A stretch of 64,000 nt of DNA from Selaginella moellendorffii (Eukaryota; Plantae; Lycopodiophyta), in NCBI RefSeq assembly GCF_000143415.4, contig NW_003314286.1:1110239-1174238 (forward strand), in the 5' to 3' direction. This document shows, piece after piece, positions 11,450-22,486 of this stretch. The translations under genes and the position numbers were made by a program. Every line of letters begins with the position of its first letter. Within the stretch, counting starts at the first letter, position 1. The notes below the pieces were generated by a model that saw only the letters and a program-made list of their open reading frames with translations, was not told the origin of the DNA and did not search any database.

Positions 11450-12580
11450 TCAACGAGGTTGACCCACCGGTGAAGTGAGAATGAGAAAGGCTTGTAGGTG
11501 CTTGTTGAATTCCTTGGGCCTTTCCACTTGTGGAACGTGTCCTGTCTTTTCAATCACAACCAGCATCGCATTCTCACCTAAATGTCTGAAAAGAAGAGCA
11601 AGTGAGATCAGCACTGTAAGGAAAGAGACACTTGATTCTCAATCAATCAATCACTCACGCTTTTAGCTGTTTGGCGAGCTCCAGATCGAAGATCCGGTCG
11701 TGCGATCCCACGAGAATCAAGACCTCCTGTTCAAGAGCAATGTAAGTGCTAGAGAAATGATTTCCAAGAGTGTGTCTTTGCCTGTGAGAGCTTTGGCAGC
11801 GGCTGCGCGGCTTCGGTGCCGATGACCAGGCCGTCGAGGAGCTCAATCCTCTCCTTCCTGTTGCCGCCATACACCTGGATCGAAGCACAGTCAACGCACG
11901 GGCAGCAAGAGTCAACGAGGATTGAACACGAAAGCCTTTACCTCCATGAGATCCCGGACGAAGAAATCTGGGAGCCACAAGCGCTTATAGAGGCAAAGCT
12001 GGATGCTTTTCTTCTGGACCGCGATGGAGCTGGGCATGAGAACCTCGTGAATGTGCCTGGCCTGGAACGCGTCGAGGATCGCATCGTTGCTGTGGGGATC
12101 CATGCAAACGCCCGAGCTCGCGATCACTACCCTCTTCACGCGCGCCGGATCCAGCTCCGCCATCCGGAATGCCACGAATCCGCCGTAGCTCGTCCCCGCC
12201 ACCGCCGCCCCGTCGACGCCCTCCGCCTCGAGGATTTCGAGCATACAGCGAGCCTGGAAGAACTCGGACCGCGCGCGCTCGTCGCTGGTGGTCGATCCGC
12301 CAAAGAAGACGAGATCGGGCACGTAGAGCGCGAAATTTCGGGACAGATCGGGCAGCTGATGCTCCCACCCGGCGATCCCGTTGGCCGCGAAGCCGTGGAT
12401 GAGCATGAGCGGCGGCTTGGAGGGATCGTAGCCCGGGCTCGCGCGATCGGGCACCCAGCAGCGCATTACCGTGACGGAATCGCGCAAGGGGAACGTCTTT
12501 TCGATCAATCCCAAGCTCCGGCAGCGCTTCTCCAGCCGGCGTAGCATCGATCGAACGAGCGAGAAGCCGAAGCACGCCAT
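11450..12580 (-). CDS. Alpha/beta hydrolase (ABHD6/monoacylglycerol-lipase-like)
   Basis: LIHGF, PDLVFFGGS, GTSYGG nucleophile elbow, GHVPQVERP catalytic His region. Multi-exon. Confidence 0.9.
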
Positions 12581-12681
12581 TACCCTATAATCCTTCTCTT
12601 CTGAAGGTTCGAGAACCTTAAATACATTGTGAAGCATAGAATATGCTTATTTCGAGCAAGGAATATGCTTCTAGGATTAGG

Positions 12682-14649
12682 TTAAGATCGCGCCCACGCG
12701 CCAAGCAGGGCAGTGCGCGCGGCGTCGCCCGGGACGAAGGGCATGGCGAGGAGGAGCTCGCGGGCCTCGTCCAGGCGGCCACAGCGAGCTAGGAGATCCA
12801 CCGCGCACGCCCATTGATCCTCGCGCGGCACCACGCCGAAGTCGCCGGTGATGAGCTTCCAGCAGTGGAATCCCCGGTGGAGATCGCCGGTGTGGCTGCA
12901 CGAGAGGAGGAGGAGGCTGAAGACGATGGGATCGAGCGAGAGTCCCTCCACCGCCAGGGAATGCAGCGCTGCCGGGTCGAGGGCGGCGCCGCTGCGAGAG
13001 CGCGCGTCCAAGGCGCAGCTCCACGCGACTGGATCGGGCGAGATCTTCTGGGAGAGCTCTAGGGCTTCGGCGATTCCGCCGCAGCGGCCATAGGCGCTGA
13101 TGAGCGAGGCAAGCACGGCGGGCAGGGAGTCTAGGCCGGTACCCTGGATGCTCGAGTGGATCGTCTTGGCGATGGCGAGCGAGGAGATTTGGGCGCAAGC
13201 GTCGAGGGCTGCGAGCACCGTTGCTTCGTTTGGTGTCACTCCCTCGATCGCCATTCCCCGCAAGAGGCCGAGCGCGCGGCAGGGATCTCCGCTGGAAGTG
13301 AATGCTGCGATCATCGTGTTCCAGGAGATCGTGTCTCTTTGATCCATGCTGTGAAAGAGGGCTATGGCGGTATCGAGCGATCCGTGCTGGGCATACGCCG
13401 CGATCATCGTGTTTCGCGACGCAGTGTCCTCTACCGGTCGATCCTGGAGGAGAGATTGGGCAGCGAGGAGATACCCTCTCTGAGCATACGCGGCGATCAT
13501 TGCATTCCAGGAGATCGCGCTGCGCTCCGGCATCTGATTGAAGAGCGATCTGGCGTCGTGCAATCGATCGCCGTGCGCGAGGGCGGAGATCATGAGCGTG
13601 TAGGCGACGATGTTTCTGTGTGGCATTCGATCGAAGAAAACCTCAGCGGTGGCTAGATCTCCCTCGCGGGCGTGCGCGGACGCCATGGCCGTCCACGAGA
13701 TGACGTTCTTGTGCTGGATCGCGTGGAAAATCTCTCGCGCGGAGTCGAGAGCACTGAGATTTCCGTACGCGGTGAGCGTGATGTTGGAGGAGGTCGCGTC
13801 CCAGCAAGGCATTCGCAGGTAGCACTGGATCGCGAGGTGGAGCTCGCCCCTCTGGGCGATGGCTTCGAGCAGCGAGATCCATGACCAGGAGCTTCGATCT
13901 GGAACAAGGGAATCGAATGCTTCTGTGATTGCATGCCTTGTTCTTTCGGGATCTCGAGCTAGAGCAGAGACGATTGCTGTGCTTGAGATCATGTCCCAGA
14001 TCGGCATCAAATCAAAGACAGCCTTCGCGCCCGCGAATTTCTCCCCGGCCTGGATCATCTGGCTCCAGGACGCGATGTTACGCTGCGGGCAAGATTCGAA
14101 GAGAAATCTCGCGTCCTGGCAGCGATCTTCCCGAATTGCAGCCGCGATCATCGAGTTCCAAGTGAGAGTGGTGTGCTGGGGCATGCGATCGAAGAGATCT
14201 TGGCACTCCTTGCGATGCCCTTGCTGGGCAAATGCGGTCGCCATAGCGTTCCAAGAAACCATACCCCTAGAGGGCATACAATCGAATATCCGCTTGGCGG
14301 TGTGTATATTCCCGGCTTGGGCATATGCCGTGCACATTGTGGTCCACGTCACCTCGTCCCACGCAGGCATATTGTCCACCACGCGCTCGGCATCTTCCAG
14401 ATCCCTATTCCCGGCATATGCCTGTAGGAGGGAGTTCCAGGTTCGAATATCTCGAGCGCCGGCGCGGTCGAAAGCCATTGCGGCCTCATCCAACCGTCCG
14501 TGCTGGCCAAGTGCCATGATAATGGCCGTCGATGCCACTGCATCCCTCTCGGGCATTTTCTCGTAGAGCGCTAGTGCGGTGGGGAGGTCTCTGTTCCTGA
14601 CGAGCAAAGCGATGGAAATATTCCAAGAGATTATATTCCTTGGGCGCAT
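12682..14649 (-). CDS. PLS-class pentatricopeptide repeat protein, mostly short (S/SS-like) motifs, ending in the E region; no DYW
   Basis: Intronless ORF with ~31-aa repeats (A..lFd.Mp.r..isWn.mi.aya) and the terminal CAVDLLARCGRLDEA...MPFVP motif. The first in-frame ATG is at 14649; the track start at 14706 is TTG. Confidence 0.88.
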   Translation of the reverse strand: MRPRNIISWNISIALLVRNRDLPTALALYEKMPERDAVASTAIIMALGQHGRLDEAAMAFDRAGARDIRTWNSLLQAYAGNRDLEDAERVVDNMPAWDEVTWTTMCTAYAQAGNIHTAKRIFDCMPSRGMVSWNAMATAFAQQGHRKECQDLFDRMPQHTTLTWNSMIAAAIREDRCQDARFLFESCPQRNIASWSQMIQAGEKFAGAKAVFDLMPIWDMISSTAIVSALARDPERTRHAITEAFDSLVPDRSSWSWISLLEAIAQRGELHLAIQCYLRMPCWDATSSNITLTAYGNLSALDSAREIFHAIQHKNVISWTAMASAHAREGDLATAEVFFDRMPHRNIVAYTLMISALAHGDRLHDARSLFNQMPERSAISWNAMIAAYAQRGYLLAAQSLLQDRPVEDTASRNTMIAAYAQHGSLDTAIALFHSMDQRDTISWNTMIAAFTSSGDPCRALGLLRGMAIEGVTPNEATVLAALDACAQISSLAIAKTIHSSIQGTGLDSLPAVLASLISAYGRCGGIAEALELSQKISPDPVAWSCALDARSRSGAALDPAALHSLAVEGLSLDPIVFSLLLLSCSHTGDLHRGFHCWKLITGDFGVVPREDQWACAVDLLARCGRLDEARELLLAMPFVPGDAARTALLGAWARS

Positions 14650-14780
14650 AAATGGATCAATGATCTCTGGGTGGATGATCTCGATATGTGTGAGCGGGAT
14701 TTTCAAAATGTGGAGCTAGGGTTTAATGATCTGACACGGGCGGCGGTGTGTGAGAGAGTGGCTGCAATCCAGAAGAAGCG

Positions 14781-17223
14781 ATGCCTCGGACTAGCAAGAA
14801 TGTGGATCACAAGCGCAGGGCAGAGGTGTTGGTAGGAAATCGCCGGGCGATGAGGCTCAAGACTCCTGGAATGAGCGCCGATCTTGCCGATCTTGCGAAG
14901 GTAGGGGCAGAGGGCGACGTGGATGTGGAGAATGGCCAAGCTCTCTCGAAATCTGGGAACTTTGTGCTCGGCGATGCCGCGAAAGTGAAGAACAATCTCC
15001 GGATCTTCAATATGTGCTACTTGCAAGCGATCAAGGTGTGACATTCTTCCATTCTTTGGTTGTGTCTTAGATGTTTTCCTTCTCTTTTCTTTTTTCTCTT
15101 TCCACAGGAAGAGCAGGAGCGTTGCAAGAAGATGAGGAACGCTTCCCAGCGTCCCGACTTGAAAGCGATCTCCAAGGTGATCATCTATGCCAAAACGAAG
15201 AACCTCTAACGTGTTTCTTCTTCACAGATGCTGCGCATGAACGCGATTCTTTTTCCGGAGAAGCGCATTGGCGACTTACCTGGTATGCTTTTTATGATCT
15301 TCGCGTCGAAGTATACAATGCTTCTTTCTAGGAGTAAAAGTCGGAGACACTTTCTTCTCTCGAGCTGAGCTCGTCAGCGTGGGGATCCACAAACACTGGA
15401 TAAACGGAATAGATTACATTGGAAAGGTACTTGCTAGTATCACGATGATTTATCTCTCACGCTTTGCTTAGGGAGGCAACGATCACAAGACATATAACTT
15501 GCCTCTGGCCATTTCTATCGTCATGTCGGGAGGCTATGAGGACGACGTTGACAACTCCGATGATGTGATTTACACGGGACAAGGTGGAAACAATCTCGCT
15601 GGTGACCGGCGCCAAATGCAACATCAAGAGATGAAGCGTGGTAATCTGGCCTTGAAGGTTTGTGCTTGCTTTACGTTCCATTGGCTTACGTGCTGAGTTT
15701 GCAGAACTCTATTGAAGAAGGGAACCCTGTCAGAGTCATCCGTGGCCATGACTTGAGGCACAGCTACACTAAAAGGGTGTACACGTACGATGGCCTCTAC
15801 AAGGTATTCACGATTGATTTCCTAGTCTGCGTTGTTTTAACTGTGTTTGTAGGTAGTGGACTATTGGGCTGAGAGAGGGATATCCGGTTTCAAGGTTTAT
15901 AAATTCAAGCTAAGGCGCTGTGAAGGCCAGCCAGCGCTTACGACTGAGCAAGTCCGCTTCTGTAGAGGAAAGCTTCCTGTGGCGCCATCTGAGCGCGGGT
16001 GAGTACGCAGTGAACTTGGTTTGAAAAACTAAAGTTTGATCCTCTCTTTTGCAGACTAGTTTGCAAAGATATTTCCAATGGACTGGAAGTTTTGCCAGTT
16101 CCCGTATCGAATCTCGTGGACAATCCGCCTTGTGCACCCGATGGTATTTCACAAGTTTCATGCATTCTTTGTGTGACAAATGACTTTCGTAGGCTACAGA
16201 TACATCAACAAAATCGAAATTGATGACGGGATTGTACTTCCGCCTCCAGCGCTGGGATGCAGTTGCAAGGGGCTCTGCGTCGATCCTAAAATATGCAGCT
16301 GTGCAAAACGAAATGGACACACGTTTCCATACGTTGACAGCCATGGTGGCAGGTTCTCGACTCGATTTTTCGTGCAAGACTGATTTTCTTTTATGTTTTT
16401 TAGACTGGCTGTGCCTCTTGACGCCGTGTATGAGTGTGGCCCAAACTGCGGGTGCGGTCCGGCATGTATAAACCGAGTGACGCAGCGTGGCCTACGTTAC
16501 CGCCTTGAGGTGAGCATTGTCAAGTGTTGGCGGCGATTTTGATATGTTGTTGCTACGATTTCAGGTGTACAAAACCCAGCACAAAGGATGGGCTGTTAGA
16601 TCATGGGATTCCATCCCTGCTGGAGCGCCCGTCTGTGAATACTTTGGCAAAGTTATAAAGTCTGACAGTCTCGACGTAAAGAGCGACGTCTATTTGTTTG
16701 ATCTGGATTGCATTCAAACCATGCGAGGAGTTGACGGTAGACAGGTATACCATTTACATTTGGATTCGAGAATTTCTAAAACTTCTTCTCCAGAGACGGT
16801 GGGGAGACCTGAACAAGTTTTTGGACGACCAGAATGGGAAAGTTAGCTGCGAGTCCAAGGACGCTGAGGATGCGGAACACCATGGACAAGCGGAGTTTTG
16901 CCTGGACGGAGGCGAGTGTGGAGCAGTAGCGCGTTTTATCAATCACAGCTGCGAGCCAAACCTCTTCATCCAGTGCGTTTTATCGACTCATCACGACATG
17001 CGAATCCCTCGGATTGTACTGTTTGCAGCTGACAACATAGCACCACTTCAGGTAAAACTTTTCGCAAATCTAATAGACATCCACATAATCTTTGTTGTGA
17101 AAATGGCAGGAGCTAAGCTACGACTATGGCTATGCACTCAACAGTGTGGTCGATTCTGATGGTCTAGTGAAAAAATTGCCGTGCTACTGTGGAGCACTCT
17201 CGTGTAGGAAGCGACTTTACTAA
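14781..17223 (+). CDS. SUVH4: Histone H3K9 methyltransferase SUVH4/KRYPTONITE-like (SRA/YDG, pre-SET, SET, post-SET)
   Basis: SIVMSGGYEDD...YTGQGG, YTYDGLY (SRA), cysteine-rich pre-SET, KGWAVRSWD, ARFINHSCEPN, ELSYDYGY, and CYCGALSCRKRLY post-SET. Confidence 0.9.
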
Positions 17224-17664
17224 CAGCGGAAACGGATGTAAGGAAATTCTTGACAGATTGATGATGGCAAGTTCTTATGATATTTGTTTCGCAGGATCAG
17301 TATCATGTTTGTATTTGATTGTAAAAGGTTGCGGCTTCGGAGGTTTATATTATCGTCAGGTTTACAACCTTTTCACGAAGGGTTAGACTGGATATTGATG
17401 AAATTTTGGCCAAGCGAACCTTATGTAACAAGAACAAAATCTTAGACCGCGATTAATTATGTATGGAGCCAACCCAAGTACTATCTCGTTTTTAAGAGAC
17501 TGCTTGAGTCTCAGAGGATTGGAAAAAGTATGAGCTTGTCACTAGGTGATACTACGATGGAGCTCGAGGTTTGGATGAGTGAAGTATGATGGAAGATCAC
17601 CTCGATTTTAAGAAGAGTGAAAAATTGTAAGATAAAATGGCGGGATCGTGCTAAAGAAGAAAAG

Positions 17665-17674
17665 CTCAACGGCT
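17665..17674 (+). promoter_or_regulatory. Candidate MSA (mitosis-specific activator) element
   Basis: CTCAACGGCT contains the AACGG core about 190 bp upstream of the coiled-coil gene. Single copy, so weak. Confidence 0.35.
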
Positions 17675-17859
17675 ATATCACTCTGCTCAAATTTTTCTTT
17701 TGGGCGGTCAGTAAAGAGACGCAAATGTGCCTGGGCGCGATCACGGTGGAATAGGGTCCGACGATCTTCTCGCCCGCCCTACTCTAGGTACGCGATCTTT
17801 CTCTTCGCGCTTGTTCTTTGCTGGATCGTCTCCAATTCTGGATGCTAGGGTTGCGCGGC

Positions 17860-20070
17860 ATGGCAAGAGGAGGGATCCGGAGGTCGCGCTGCGACGAGAA
17901 TGCGAGGAGGGCCGAGGAAGAGGAGGCAGAGGCCGTGAAGCGGGCGAAAGGAGCGGATTATGGCAGCTCCAGGGAGAAAGAGGGCACTGGATCGAGTAAG
18001 GAGCAGCAGCAGAGTAGGAAGGGCAAGAAATCTGGGCGTAGGAGAGGCCGCGCGAAGAAAGACGGGAGCTCCATGGCGACGGCGTTGCTCCCAATCAACG
18101 AGAATGCATCTGGATCGTCTCTGGAAGGGGGAATCGCCAAGAAAGACGAGGATTTGCTCGTGGACAAGGCCAAAAATGTTGAAGTGGAGGCTGTGGCATG
18201 TAAGGACCTTGTTTCCTTCTTTGAGTACTTTGTTCTAAGGGGAGATTTTTGCAGTCGTGGAAAGCACGAAGCCTGCGAGTTTGAGTGAGGATGGAGAAGG
18301 TAACTCCAACTTCGTTTGAAATTTGCTGACGAGTTTCTCGTTTCTCGTGTTTTCACAGTCGAGCTTTCGTCATCTTCTTGCATGCACAGCCCCGAATCGC
18401 CCAAGGAGAAGACTGTCATCTGGAGCAATGCTGCTTTCTGCTCAGAGCAGCAAACTCAGACGCCGACTGCGACGATGTCAGTGGAGAAAAGCGTCCTCGC
18501 ATGCAACGATGATACGGTGGCTGGTATGGAACTGATGACAGCTGAAGATACCAAAGGTAGCGATGACTCTTTAGCAGTGAAACTTTCCTTGGCTGTTGAT
18601 GAAAAGGAGGCCAACGAAGTACACGAAGTCAAGGTGCCAGAGAAAAATGAAATGACAGCGATCGTCGAAGACGAGGAAGTAGACCACTTGGAGAAAGAGA
18701 TAGAGAACGAGATCGCACTTCTGACTAAGAGGTTGGCGGAGCTTCGTGCAAAACGGGAGGCGAAACACAAGACACAGGAACGAGCAAAGCGTGCACTCAG
18801 CTGTCCCCCGACTCCGCTTTCGTCCGGACTACAGGAACAGACGAACGATGGAGACAAGAGTAAGAGCCGGGGGAAAGGAAGGATGGTGTCGGCCAAGTTT
18901 CTGCAGTGGCCAACAAAAAGTCCTGACCTTGAACCAAAGACGTCGGAGAAGCGGGCGTCCTTTAGAAGAAACGAGGCTACTACGATTTCCTTTCAAGCTA
19001 CTCCGACGAATGCCGTGACTCCTTTCTCCAAAGGTACTTCGACGGGTGCTGTGACTTCTTTTTCGAAGGCTACGACTCCTCATCATGGCCGTGCTCCTGT
19101 TCCGGACGCTGAGCAAAAGGAAACTTCTCTCAAGTCGGCTCCAAGAGTTTCTGTTCCGGACGCTGAGCAAAAGGAAGCTTCTCTCAAGTCGGCTCCAAGA
19201 GTTCCTGTTCCGGACGCTGAGCAAAAAGAAACTTCTCTCAAGTCGGCTCCAAGAGTTCTTCTTCGAAGCAAAGCCATTGAGAAACTCCAGGCAGGCGCAG
19301 GTCTCAAGTGTCTAGCTCGGCCAGCGAGCTCCCTGAAGGGTAGCTACCGTTGCAGCCTCGATGGCAACTTCATCGAGCAGATCCGAAACCTCAGCTTAAG
19401 CCCCGCCACCAGCAACGTTTCGGAGGCATCCAAGAAGTTCGACTGGACCAAGTCGCTTAGATCTGGAGCTACCGTGGAGAAGAGGCCCCAGGTTGACGAG
19501 AGCCACAAGAAGGCAAAGGGGACTCCGGAAGCACAGCTTCTAGTCGATCTCAAGGAGAGCAACAAGGCGTCCAAAGTTTCTCCGTCCGTGACACGAAAGG
19601 TGAGGAACGTTGCAAGCCGGTACAACGAGTCTCCTGCTCAACACCAGCCTACGAGGAAGCGATCTCTGGACATCCCGTCTCAAGCGCCAGAGATGGGAGG
19701 AGCGGCACCAGCAGCTTCGAGCCACAGGAAAAGAGTGTCACTCGATCAGCAGCAGCAGCAGGAGCAGGCAGTGGTCGACGCAGCAAATCCTCCAGCTCGA
19801 AAGTCTGGCATTGGAGCAGCGGCAAGGTCCGGATTGAGTCGTCTCCGGCCGAGGAATCCAGCGAGCAAGGAGGCGATGAAAACGCCACCGATGAGAAGAG
19901 ATGGATTGGAGAGCGAGCTCAAGAAGCTGCCGGGTCTGGTGATCAACCGGGAGGTGGAGTATAGTCCCAGAGACTCGGGCTGCGTGAAGCGCGCGAGCCA
20001 ACAAGGAGGACAGAAGAGCTTCTTCCTAAGCACCGAGAGCTGGGACGCTGGCCATCGAGATGAAAAGTAG
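17860..20070 (+). CDS. Conserved plant coiled-coil protein similar to Arabidopsis At4g02800
   Basis: Ordered motifs IWSNAAF, EIENEIALL..RL..LR, GR.V.AKF, VASRY, RKRSL and SPRDSG..KR match that family as I recall it. The 5' exon structure is uncertain. Confidence 0.7.
19096..19257 (+). repeat. In-frame 54-bp coding tandem repeat x3 (PVPDAEQKETSLKSAPRV)
   Basis: Three near-identical units visible in both DNA and translation. Confidence 0.95.
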
Positions 20071-20252
20071 AGAAAATCTAAGCGAGGTAACGTTTGTTTC
20101 TTCTTTTTTTTTATCTCCCATGGTTTGATCGCTCAACTTCTGGCTGGGTCATCCTTTTCAAATAAGGGGAATATGCTTGTTGTTAAATACTATGCGAATA
20201 TACTCGTTGTTCTAAGAATATTTAGGGTTCTACGGAAGAAGGTCAGGAGGTT

Positions 20253-21707
20253 ATGGCTGGCGCCCCGCCTCCAGGTTTGGCGATCGCGCCGATCGATCGA
20301 TCAATCACTGACGCTTCTCTCTTGTAGACGATAGCAGCCTGGTGGTGGTGTTGCTGGATACGAGCCTGCATTTCTGGAATGCAGTGGTGAGGTCCTCTTC
20401 AGGGCTCCAACAGGTGAGAATATTTTGCATTTCCTTGAAAGGGGCCAGTTTGATCTCTTCGTTTCTCACAGGTTTTGTCATTCCTCAATTCTCTGGCGCT
20501 CATGAATCACATGAACCATCTGGTGATTATTGCGAGTGGATGCAATTCTTGGTGAGTGACAAGAACTTCTTTTTGCCGTTGCTAAAAATTTTCCCTGCCT
20601 GTAAATTGCAGCGAATTCTTATATGATTCTTTGGACTCAGATGAAAGAGCTGGTGCAAATCACCAGACGGCCTCGGAGAAGATTGTACAGAAATTAAATG
20701 ATTTCGTTTCCAGGGATGCTACTCAGCCTCCGAAATTCCAGCCTTCGCTACTCTCGGCGTCCTTGTCAATGGCTCTTTGTTGTGAGTATCTCATTTCTAT
20801 CCTTTTAGTTTTTCCTCTTTCCCTTCGCAGATATCCAAAGGGCACTCAAAGAAAAGATAGGTCCTTCCAAGCCCAGGGTGAGTAGCGTGGTTTGACCCGC
20901 TTGTCTTACATTTGCTTACTACAGATGCTTTGCTTGCAAGCCTCGCCTGACGCTCCTCATCAGTAGGATATTTTGTTTTTTTGTTTTCTTTTTTCCGAGT
21001 AATACGTGGTTTCATACGATGGTTCGGGTTTTGAAGGTACATTGCTATCATGAATGCGATCTTCTCAGCACAGCGTTCCATGGTTATCAAGTTTCACGAG
21101 CTTTATCAAGAAGCGTATATTAACCATCTCTTACTGCGTTTTAGGTGCCAATCGATGCGTGCATGGTCGGTGCTCAACATTCGGCCTTTCTTCAACAGGT
21201 TTGAAGTGAGACTCTTTCGTTTCCTTTTCTTCTATCGTAACATTCCAGGCCGCGGACATTACCGGTGGAACTTACTTAATGCCGCAACAAGCGGATTCGC
21301 TGTTAGAGTACTTGATGGTATAAAACTTGGAACTTCCTTTTTCATTCTTAAGAGATGTTTCCGGCAGACAATTTTCACAGTGGATTTACACTCTAGGCAA
21401 TTCATCCAGCTCCCCCGCTCGGCAGGAGTGGATTTTCGGGCCTCGTAAGGAGAAGAGAAAAAAGCTTCAATCAAATTATAACAGACATTCTTTGCAGCTG
21501 TTTCTGCCACAAACGCACAATTGACATGGGCTATATATGCTCGGTTTGTTTATCAATCTTCTGCAAGCAACATAAGGAGTGCTCAACTTGCGGGTAAGTC
21601 AAGACTTTTGTCTACTTTCCTCTTTTCCATCTTCTGACGTGAGGGAAAAAAATTACAGCTCAAGCTTTGCTAGCAGCGGCACGAAGCGCAAGACGCCCGC
21701 CTCGTGA
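20253..21707 (+). CDS. TFB4: TFIIH subunit TFB4/p34 (GTF2H3), intact copy
   Basis: SLVVVLLDT, SLLSASLSMALC, YIAIMNAIFSAQR, FLQQAADITGG, GVDFRASCFCH, GYICSVCLSIFC zinc finger. Multi-exon. Confidence 0.88.
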
Positions 21708-22433
21708 CTCTTACACAGAATACAACAGCCGACCTCCTGCTGCGGTTTTGGTGGTATTAGTTCCAACTCCCAGGATCAACTCCCTTCGTCGATGCTTGGC
21801 TCATGTCGTGCCGCCGCACGGCCTCCTTGAGCTTTCTCTGATGCTCTCGAAGCGAGTGATACATGACAAGTGCCACGACCTTTCCAGAGTCGAGATCACG
21901 AGCCTTGTATACGTTACTGTAAGTTCCTTGTCCAATCTGCAATGATAAGAAACGTTCCCATAAAATCTTTGCTGTCCTTAACCTTGTCAAGCTTTTCGAA
22001 AGAATCAACATCCAGCCTTTGATCGCCTCGCCAGCCACCGCCATCCGCGGCGACCTTGGGGAAGGATTTGGATCCTGTGCATGGATCCTGTGCAGCCTCG
22101 CCCGGCGCTTGTCCATGCTCCTGGCTTTGGATCTCTCGAACACGATCCAACTCGATGCTCGTAGATAAATGCGCAGCTGTGGCCGCGAGTAGGATTTGTC
22201 GTTGGGACTTTCCTGCGATCAGGACGACTTTGCGCAGATAGGTGCGCTGTGGAGACTAGCTTCTTCCTTGATTGCAGCTCCTAGCTGCGGCAGCTCATTC
22301 CCATCCATTGGAATCCAACGCAGCTCCTCGGATTCTCGAGCGGGCAAGCGCTTCTCCCAGCTCCCGGAGCGCCGTAAAGAGTGACATCTAGACTGCAAGA
22401 CAGCATTCGCAATACCGCCGCCATCTCCTACCT
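21708..22433 (-). pseudogene. Deletion-riddled duplicate of the CDK-like kinase gene
   Basis: Co-linear fragments of 26044-29064. The start codon segment (caccccatt) and most of the kinase domain (~1.9 kb) are deleted. Confidence 0.9.
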
Positions 22434-22486
22434 GTGATGGCACACGCGTAGGCAATAGGAATTCACGCCCGGTACGTACTCCGTAG

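Noticed and set aside
11816-14566. Long antisense and alternate-frame ORFs over the hydrolase and PPR genes (also over GLR, the second PPR and FREE1)
   Set aside because: Expected shadows of GC-rich coding sequence.
21757-22143. 128-aa chimeric mini-kinase ORF
   Set aside because: It reads through a former intron and deletion junctions, the native start is deleted, and there are no catalytic motifs. Treated as pseudogene.
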